64,000 nt of DNA from Planctomycetota bacterium (GTDB lineage Bacteria > Planctomycetota > MHYJ01 > WSZJ01). Positions 57,390 to 64,000 of the stretch are shown here, one piece after another. Each line of letters opens with the position of its first letter. Position 1 is the stretch's first letter. The stretch is from contig JBBTCT010000002.1 in NCBI GenBank assembly GCA_038060895.1, positions 96,001 through 160,000 on the forward strand, read 5' to 3'. The translations under genes and the position numbers were made by a program. Below the pieces are notes generated by a model that searched no databases, was not told the DNA's origin, and saw nothing but the letters and a program-made list of their open reading frames with translations.

Positions 57390-58625
57390 TCAGCGGATCT
57401 CCTTGCGCGAGAAAAGAGCTGCGCCCGCGACGAGAACGAGCGCCGCGTAAGCGAAGCCATAACCCGCGCTCCAGCAGACGTAGGAGAGCGAGATTTCCCG
57501 GCCGGCCGCGACGAGGGATTCTACACGGGAATTTTCGAGATTGGGAAAAACCGCGTAAAAAATCCGCGCCAGCACCCGGACGGCCGCGGAATGGGCGGGC
57601 GAGTCGAGGGCGCGAAAGACGTAGTTGGAGACATGCCCGAGGAGAAAAATGAGGAAGGACACGGCGCCGTTGACGACGAGTGGGAAGTGAGGGGCGAGCG
57701 AGGCTGCAAAAGCGAGGAGGATGGCGACGCGAAAAACCGCGAGGAGCGAGCCCTTGGCGATCTGCGCGGCTTCGAAAGTCCAGAAGCGCGCCCAGGCCAG
57801 TTGTGCGGTCCCGTGGCGGGACGGTGCGAGGCGGACATCGCCTGAAGACGGCGGAAGTTCTGCGCGGGCCCGGGACCGGTCAGGGGGCGTGTCAAGCGGC
57901 GTCCCGCCAGGCGCGAGCCACGGCTGTCCGATGGCGACGAGGATCATGCCGCGGCCGCCCTCGTTCCAGCTCTTCAGGATAAGCCACTTGCGACCCTCGA
58001 CCTCGAGCTGCCCCTGGGCGAAGCGGCCCCCGTCGGGGCAGCCTGCGAAGCGTGCGGCGCGCGAATCGGCGGCCGGGAGCGAGCGCGAGAGCGTCACTTC
58101 GGCTGTGAAGGGACAGTCTTCCGGGACTCCCTTGACGCCCTCAATCGCCGCGACGAAATCCCTCTTGTCCTTGAGATCGGATGAATCGTGAAACGTGACC
58201 TTTTCTACTGTCGAGAGTTCTTCGAGCCGAGGGCCCGCTTCCTTCTGCCAGAGAGTCGCCAGCAGCACTCCCGCAAGGACGAGGCTGGAGAATCCGACGG
58301 TCAGCAGGATTCCGGCGTACTTCCCCGCCAGGAACTGCGCGCGGGAAATTGGTTTCGACAGCACGGTGAGGGCGACTAGAAGTTCCATGTCGCGCGTGAT
58401 GACGAGCCACGAGAGCAGGACGGACAGGAGGGCGCCGCAGAGGGCGATGGAGGAAATCCCCATTTCGCGGAGGAGGGTTCCCTCGAGAGATTCGTCGAGG
58501 GTGAACATCGTGAAAAACTGCGAAGTCCAGATCATGGCCGCGAAGCCGGAAGTGAGGATCCAGAAGAGTGGCTGGCGAAGAGACTGGTGCGCCGTGTGAA
58601 TCGCGACAACAAGGATTTTATACAT
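57390..58625 (-). CDS. ABC transporter permease with an inserted soluble domain
   Basis: TVLSKPISRAQFLAGKYAG; FPNL; terminal LFSRKEI. Confidence 0.8.
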   Translation of the reverse strand: MYKILVVAIHTAHQSLRQPLFWILTSGFAAMIWTSQFFTMFTLDESLEGTLLREMGISSIALCGALLSVLLSWLVITRDMELLVALTVLSKPISRAQFLAGKYAGILLTVGFSSLVLAGVLLATLWQKEAGPRLEELSTVEKVTFHDSSDLKDKRDFVAAIEGVKGVPEDCPFTAEVTLSRSLPAADSRAARFAGCPDGGRFAQGQLEVEGRKWLILKSWNEGGRGMILVAIGQPWLAPGGTPLDTPPDRSRARAELPPSSGDVRLAPSRHGTAQLAWARFWTFEAAQIAKGSLLAVFRVAILLAFAASLAPHFPLVVNGAVSFLIFLLGHVSNYVFRALDSPAHSAAVRVLARIFYAVFPNLENSRVESLVAAGREISLSYVCWSAGYGFAYAALVLVAGAALFSRKEIR

Positions 58626-58632
58626 AGTTTTG

Positions 58633-58908
58633 CTAGGATCTCACTGTAAATGCAGAGAATTCACCCGATGGATGTCCAGAAATAGCCTCGTGACTATCTA
58701 CATATCGAGACATTGTCGTCAATAGATTGTTAAGAAACTCCTTCGTGACAGCCTCCTCCGCTTCAGCAACACACCGGACCGAGCCGTCAGGCTCATTTCG
58801 CACCCAGCCGAGCACGCCGAAGCGGGCGGCCGCCGCGCCGGCGCGGGCGCGGAACCCGACTCCCTGGACGCGGCCGCGGAAAACAAGTTCGAGTCGGGAA
58901 GCGGGCAT
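58633..58908 (-). CDS. acyP: Acylphosphatase
   Basis: GRVQGVGFR and GWVRNEPDGSV; start uncertain (58908, 58921 or 58947 region). Confidence 0.9.
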   Translation of the reverse strand: MPASRLELVFRGRVQGVGFRARAGAAAARFGVLGWVRNEPDGSVRCVAEAEEAVTKEFLNNLLTTMSRYVDSHEAISGHPSGEFSAFTVRS

Positions 58909-59089
58909 GGAGGTCAGCATGGTATCAGGGTAGTGACTGCACGCCAAGGCGGGCTGGAAGGTCCCCTGGAAGCTGTAGCTGCGCTCCGCCGGGATGAGGC
59001 ACGAGAGGATTGCGCTGTTCGTGGAGAGTTTCTATAATGACGCCGCATTGACGTATTTAAGCATCTTTTTCATCAGCAAGGCTGCACAC

Positions 59090-59860
59090 ATGGGGTATGT
59101 GCTCGCGATCGCGAATCACAAAGGCGGAGTCGGCAAAACGACTTCCGCGATCAACCTTGGAACACTCCTCGCCTTGACCGGACGCAAGACCCTGATCCTG
59201 GATCTCGACCTCCAGGGAAATGCCACCAGTGGCCTCGGAGTCCGCAAGGAGGACAAGCCAGGACTTGCCAGCATCCTCCTTGACAACGCACCTCTCGCGG
59301 ACGTTGTATGCCCGTGCTACTGCGACGACCTGTTCGTCCTCCCTCTCGGCCGGCGCTCAGGAGCCATCGAAGAAGAAATTCGCACGCAACCACTTCTCAT
59401 GGAGCGCCTAGAGAACATCCTGGATCAGATCGCCGCCGCCTGGGAGTACGTCATTCTCGACTGTCCCCCGGCCTTCGGAATACTCCCGAACTCAGCGATC
59501 CGCCTGGCTCAATACACGCTCATTCCTGTCCAGTGCGAGTTCTTTTCCATCGAAGGATTGACTGCCATGCTGAAGCGCCTACAGGAGCTTCAGACCAGCG
59601 GTTCTCGGAGTCCGCGCACGGGAGTCGTTCTGACCATGTACTCACCGGATGATGAGCACTCAGCCCAGATTCGAACCGAAGTCGAGCGCCATTTCTCATC
59701 GCTACTTCTGAAACCAATCATTCCTCGCGATCCCATCCTGTCCCAGTCGACCTCGCTCGGCATTCCCGCCGTTATCCAGGCACCGGAATCTCGCGGCGTC
59801 CGGGCTTACCTCGAACTCGCTTGGGAGATCCTGAACAATGAAAGGCAAGAAACTCGGTAA
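59090..59860 (+). CDS. parA: Chromosome partitioning ATPase ParA/Soj
   Basis: NHKGGVGKTT, DLDLQGNAT, ILDCPP, IPVQCE. Confidence 0.95.
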   Translation: MGYVLAIANHKGGVGKTTSAINLGTLLALTGRKTLILDLDLQGNATSGLGVRKEDKPGLASILLDNAPLADVVCPCYCDDLFVLPLGRRSGAIEEEIRTQPLLMERLENILDQIAAAWEYVILDCPPAFGILPNSAIRLAQYTLIPVQCEFFSIEGLTAMLKRLQELQTSGSRSPRTGVVLTMYSPDDEHSAQIRTEVERHFSSLLLKPIIPRDPILSQSTSLGIPAVIQAPESRGVRAYLELAWEILNNERQETR

Positions 59861-60713
59861 GGGGCTTGATTACCTGCTCGGCGAAGCGCTGGGTTCCCCC
59901 TCAGAGCCTGCAGTTGTGTCCGCCGCCTTCCCCGGCAGTCAGGAGATCGCGCTCAAACAGATTCGGCCAAATCCCTTCCAGCCACGAAAGACCTGGGACA
60001 ACGCCGAAATCGAAGAACTGGCTTCCAGCATCCGGGAGCAAGGGCTCATCCAACCCATCGTTGTTCGAAAGGTTGGTGAGAACTTCCAGATTGTTGCCGG
60101 CGAGCGGCGCTTTCGTGCGCTTCAGCACCTGGGCAGGGAGTCCGCCCCCGTCGTTGTGCGCGAGATGGACGACCGGGGGATGCTGGAAGTAGCTCTGGTT
60201 GAGAATCTGCAGCGAAAGGACCTCACGCCCATTGAGAAGGCGCAAGCGTTCAGGGCCCTGATCGATCGCTTCCGCCTGACTCACGAAGCCGTTTCCGCGC
60301 GCCTGGGGATGGATCGATCTACTGTCACTAATTTCCTCCGACTTCTCGATCTTCCAGAGCTGATTCGCGAGGCTGTTTCACGTGGAACAATCTCGATGGG
60401 ACATGCGCGGAGCCTGGTTGCCCTGACCTCACCGGCGGAACAGCTCGTCCTTGCGAAGAGGATCGAGCGCGAAGGGATGTCGGTGAGAAAGCTCGAGAAA
60501 CTGGTCCAGCATCTAAAGTCTCCGCCGCTTCCCAAGGCTGCGGATAGCGGCCCAGTAAGCGCCGCAGTGGTCAAAGACTGGGAAGAGCGACTTCGCGGTC
60601 ACTTTGAAACGAAGGTGCGAGTCCGAATGGGGAAGAATCGTGGCGCCATCATCGTTGAGTTCTACAACCTGGACGACTTCGAGAGAGTGGTGGGCAAGAT
60701 GGGAATGGCTTGA
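59838..60713 (+). CDS. parB: Chromosome partitioning protein ParB/Spo0J
   Basis: LGKGL, NPFQPR, AGERRFRA, ENLQRKDL, RSTVTNFLRLL, MGHAR. Confidence 0.95.
   Translation: MKGKKLGKGLDYLLGEALGSPSEPAVVSAAFPGSQEIALKQIRPNPFQPRKTWDNAEIEELASSIREQGLIQPIVVRKVGENFQIVAGERRFRALQHLGRESAPVVVREMDDRGMLEVALVENLQRKDLTPIEKAQAFRALIDRFRLTHEAVSARLGMDRSTVTNFLRLLDLPELIREAVSRGTISMGHARSLVALTSPAEQLVLAKRIEREGMSVRKLEKLVQHLKSPPLPKAADSGPVSAAVVKDWEERLRGHFETKVRVRMGKNRGAIIVEFYNLDDFERVVGKMGMA
60374..60389. promoter_or_regulatory. parS centromere-like site inside parB
   Basis: TGTTTCACGTGGAACA, one mismatch from the canonical TGTTTCACGTGAAACA. Confidence 0.88.
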
Positions 60714-60920
60714 ACTTCCGCCGACGAACGACAGTTCGGACAGATGAGGTGGTGAGAAGCCCCGTCGAGGCCGATGCGGAACGGCTTCGCAGAATTTCAG
60801 GACAGCACATTCATCAATAAGCTATATATACATATTAAATGACGCTGCATACTGCATATAAATGTTATATCTTCACCAACCCCTCCCCGCGCGGCTTCGC
60901 GCCACTCGGCCTGTTCCGCG

Positions 60921-61211
60921 CTACTCCGAGGGCCCTCCGCAACAAAACAAGAACGCCCGGGCTCCGTCGGATTCCTGCTCGGAAGAAATGAGCCGGTGCC
61001 CCAGCACGCTGAAACTCGCCGGGACCCGTTCCCAGGCCGGCGGAAAATCCAGAATGACCTTCAGGCAATCCCCCGGCCCGAGATCCTCCATCGCCAGCCG
61101 GGCCTTGATGAAGGTGTAGGGGCACTTCTCACCCCGCAAGTCGGCGACCCGGCTCGCGGGGGAACGCGGCGCCTTGGCAGCGTGGACGGCAGGGTCGTGG
61201 GATTCGGGCAT
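60921..61211 (-). CDS. TusA/SirA family sulfur carrier
   Basis: DLRGEKCPYTFIKARLAM. Confidence 0.85.
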   Translation of the reverse strand: MPESHDPAVHAAKAPRSPASRVADLRGEKCPYTFIKARLAMEDLGPGDCLKVILDFPPAWERVPASFSVLGHRLISSEQESDGARAFLFCCGGPSE

Positions 61212-61284
61212 GGACGCGCGAAAAATGCTACCGGGGCGGTCCCCGGGATACAATGCCCGGTCATCGCGGGCCAGGCCCGCAGGA

Positions 61285-61304
61285 ATTGACGCGGTGCGTC
61301 AATC
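61285..61304. repeat. Palindromic 20-bp repeat, upstream copy
   Basis: ATTGACGCGGTGCGTCAATC, identical to 62137-62156. Confidence 0.9.
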
Positions 61305-61329
61305 AGCTACAGGGGAGAGGGAAACGACC

Positions 61330-62133
61330 ATGAAACCACTGTTGACCGCAATCTTCACCGCCATCCTGGCGGCCCCGGCCGCGTTTGCCGAGGACTGCAC
61401 TTCCTGCAAGCCGGGAAAAATCTGCCCGCCGCACGACGGGGCCGACGAGGCCGCCATCAAGGACGCCACACCGCTTCTCAGGGACAAGGACATGGAGAAG
61501 CGCCGCGAGGGGCTGGACCGGCTTGCGATCGCGGCCGCAAAACATTTGAACGCTCGTTCAAAGAAAATCACGAACGAGTTCATGCGGATGCTGGCGGACC
61601 CGGAGGCGACGGTGAAAGGGTACGCGGCGGAGCGGCTTGGCGCGTGCGGCGAGGAAGCGACCGCGGCCGGAACCCTGGCCGCGGAGGTGGCGAAGATGGA
61701 GAAAGCGCTGGCGATGGACAAGCCGAATGCGGAAAAGAAGGAAGCGGAGCTGAAGAAGTGGGAAGAGCAGCTGCGGACGCTGTCGAACTTTTTCGTGGGA
61801 CTCGCGAAGCTTACGACGCAGCCTGCGGCGGCAGCGGCATTCGAGAAGGGAATCAAGAGCGCGAACCCGTGGGTGTGCAAAACCGCGGCGGAGAACTGCA
61901 AGGGCTTCAAGAAGAACAAGGCCGTTGCAGGCGCCCTGATCACCGCGCTGGCGTCGTATTTCTCGAAGAACGTGACGGAAGGGAACAGCGCGGCGTGGAC
62001 CGCGGTCTCGATGGCGCTTCCCGAGGTGTCGCAGTGCAACGACATCCCCACGCAGAAGGACGGGACGGACGCCGCGCGGTGGAATTCGCAGTGGCAGAAG
62101 TGGTGGCGGGACAACGAGAAGTCGCTGAAGTAG
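61330..62133 (+). CDS. Secreted HEAT-like repeat protein
   Basis: GGAGAGG RBS, signal peptide, CTSC..C..H, LADPEATVKGYAAERLG, WQKWW tail. Confidence 0.8.
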   Translation: MKPLLTAIFTAILAAPAAFAEDCTSCKPGKICPPHDGADEAAIKDATPLLRDKDMEKRREGLDRLAIAAAKHLNARSKKITNEFMRMLADPEATVKGYAAERLGACGEEATAAGTLAAEVAKMEKALAMDKPNAEKKEAELKKWEEQLRTLSNFFVGLAKLTTQPAAAAAFEKGIKSANPWVCKTAAENCKGFKKNKAVAGALITALASYFSKNVTEGNSAAWTAVSMALPEVSQCNDIPTQKDGTDAARWNSQWQKWWRDNEKSLK

Positions 62134-62136
62134 CGG

Positions 62137-62156
62137 ATTGACGCGGTGCGTCAATC
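62137..62156. repeat. Palindromic 20-bp repeat, downstream copy
   Basis: ATTGACGCGGTGCGTCAATC, 3 nt after the stop codon. Confidence 0.9.
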
Positions 62157-62168
62157 CCTGCCGCTCCG

Positions 62169-63002
62169 CTACTTCTTTCCGAGGCGTTCCGCCAGGTACT
62201 CCCCGTACGGGTCGTAGCCCGTCTGGATCTCGTGCGGGTCCTGCCCGAGACGCGTGTACTTCTTCATCTGGTCGTCCGTCAGGACCTTCTTGAACTCGCC
62301 GTTCAGCGTCGCCTTCTCCGCCATGAGCCGCGCGAGGTAGGTTTCCTCCGTGCCGGGGATCTTGTCGGTGAAGAGCTTCATGAAGGCCGCGGTCGCCTTC
62401 TCCTGGGCGTGCTCGGGGTCCTGCATCGCCAGGACGATGTCGTCGAGGATGTTGGTGCCGTCGTTGCGCGGCGTCGTGACGATTGCGAAGCAGACTTTCT
62501 GGGAGGCATTGATCGCCTCCGCCATCTGGTCTTCCTGCAGCTCGTTCAATTCCAGATCTTTGGAGATTTCCGCAAGAGGGACCTTCTTGTCGTCCCCGAA
62601 GAGCCCGCCTTTTTTCTGCTTCTGGCCGGCAAGTTTTTCGTCAACCTTTTTGGAAACGATGTCGTCGATCGCCGAAGGGTCTCCGCCGGCGCCCCCGGCG
62701 GCCAGTGCGTTCTTCTCCAGCGCGTCGAGGCGGCGCGCGAGCTCTTCAGACTTCTCGCCAACCGCTTCGTCGACGGCCTTCCGGGCAGCTTTGACGGCGG
62801 CCGAGCTGACGCTTGCGGGATCGGAGGCGCCCGGGTCGACGCCCGCCTTCTTCAGGATCTCCGCCGCTCCTTCGGGCGTGGACTGCCGCGCGACGGTCGC
62901 CTCGAGGTCGCGAAGTCGCGCTTCCTGGCGCCGGATCAGAAATCCCTCCGCGACCGTGATGGCGGTAAGGGCGACGAGGACGAAGGCCAGGGCGGGCTTC
63001 AT
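62169..63002 (-). CDS. Membrane-anchored coiled-coil hypothetical protein
   Basis: AAAGGA RBS; N-terminal TM; helical, KKVLTDDQMKKY. Confidence 0.75.
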   Translation of the reverse strand: MKPALAFVLVALTAITVAEGFLIRRQEARLRDLEATVARQSTPEGAAEILKKAGVDPGASDPASVSSAAVKAARKAVDEAVGEKSEELARRLDALEKNALAAGGAGGDPSAIDDIVSKKVDEKLAGQKQKKGGLFGDDKKVPLAEISKDLELNELQEDQMAEAINASQKVCFAIVTTPRNDGTNILDDIVLAMQDPEHAQEKATAAFMKLFTDKIPGTEETYLARLMAEKATLNGEFKKVLTDDQMKKYTRLGQDPHEIQTGYDPYGEYLAERLGKK

Positions 63003-63196
63003 GGAGATTCCTTTCGACAACGGGTCCGTGGTGAATCCTACAGCACGCGGCGCCCGGAGGTTTCGCGAATCCGCCGGAAACTCTGAGCGTGAGAGAAAAC
63101 CCGGGTTGCTTACGCCGTTTTCCCAGGGCGCGTGAAAAGAGCGAGCGACGGCGCGAGGCTCGATCGCGCGATGGCGCTCGCTTTTTTCTCGCGCTC

Positions 63197-64000
63197 TCAG
63201 TGGCCGGCGGAAGCGCGCGGCGCGGGGGCCACTGCAGCACGGAGCGAAACAGGGACGTCGAGCCGCGGGAGCTGGGAGCTGATCTCGAGGACGGTCGTGC
63301 CGGTCGAGTGAAGCGTCGTGTCACCGCAGCGGAGTGTGCTGGAAGCGACGAGGGTGTTGTAGCAGTAGAGCTTGTTTCCCGAGGGGTCGCTGTACTCGAC
63401 GCCGATCGCGTGAGCCGGGCTGCCTTCGATTTCCCAGGCCACCGGTCCCTCCGCGGTCTCCGCCCGGAAGGTCCGCTTCCAGTCCGCCCCTTCAAGACGC
63501 CCGCCCGCGAGGGCGCCCAGCGTATTTCCGGGCCAGACGCGTCCGCCCCATGCGACGCCGACCGAAGCGACGATCCCCGGGCCCGGGGAAACGGCCTCGG
63601 CGAAACCGGGGCCCTCGGCGAACTCGGTCGCGTGGGCCCAGGTCCAGCCCTTGCCCAGCGCCGGAGTTGCGAAGTGTCCCTGGCAACCGGGGGCGTTTTC
63701 CAGGTCATAGGTGCGCCCGGCGATGGAAACGGTCCCGGTGAACTGCGTCCGCGGGGTGGGAATGGAAAAGTGGGACGCCGAGAACGCGCGGACGAGAGGC
63801 GGCGCCGCGAAATACGTGACGGGGTAGGGCTTGAAGCGCAGGTTCCACGCCGCCAGCGCGGTGCCGCGGATTCGGGCGGTCGCGTGGTCTTCGGTGAAAC
63901 GGCCGGGCCCGATATGCAGATCAAACGCGAACGGGTCCGCGCGGAATTCGCCCTCTCCGAAGATCTCTCGTGCCGCGGCGGGCGGAGCATCCTGCCGGAA
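63197..64000 (-). CDS. Tocopherol-cyclase-like protein, 5' part outside the window
   Basis: Frame open from 64000: AWNLRF..FTGTVSIAGRTYDL..PGCQGH..WTWAH..YSDPSGNKLYCYN. Confidence 0.65.
   Translation of the reverse strand, partial: FRQDAPPAAAREIFGEGEFRADPFAFDLHIGPGRFTEDHATARIRGTALAAWNLRFKPYPVTYFAAPPLVRAFSASHFSIPTPRTQFTGTVSIAGRTYDLENAPGCQGHFATPALGKGWTWAHATEFAEGPGFAEAVSPGPGIVASVGVAWGGRVWPGNTLGALAGGRLEGADWKRTFRAETAEGPVAWEIEGSPAHAIGVEYSDPSGNKLYCYNTLVASSTLRCGDTTLHSTGTTVLEISSQLPRLDVPVSLRAAVAPAPRASAGH

Noticed and set aside
60811-60870. oriC call for the AT-rich tract after parB
   Set aside because: No TTATCCACA-type DnaA boxes seen and no dnaA in the window; kept only as an observation.

Overview
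High-GC bacterial chromosomal window whose gene content (prenyltransferase-repeat, HEAT, zinc-ribbon and sulfatase proteins, a DUF58/ABC locus) suggests Planctomycetota; this is inference only. Core content: a DUF58/ABC-transporter/coiled-coil locus, tRNA-Glu(CTC), addB-addA, two type II toxin-antitoxin pairs, a GT4 plus circularly permuted ATP-grasp pair, a type II FAS/PKS subcluster (fabG, KS, CLF-like, thioesterase, with LolA nearby), an SPFH locus, and parA-parB with a parS site inside parB. Main observations: (1) a lower-GC three-gene island (PD-(D/E)XK nuclease, DUF4062-STAND NTPase, HEPN) bounded by a tRNA 3' remnant, a candidate anti-phage system; (2) a dispersed 17-bp palindrome TTGACGCA-N-TGCGTCAA found five times, including inside CDSs on A/T-ending codons and as 20-bp direct repeats around one gene; (3) an in-frame UGA followed by a SECIS-like hairpin that splits a coiled-coil gene; (4) a probable AUU start codon; (5) a family of intergenic inverted repeats built from ~7-nt units, plus a MITE-like hairpin abutting the tRNA. 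All calls were made by reading the sequence; no database searches were run.
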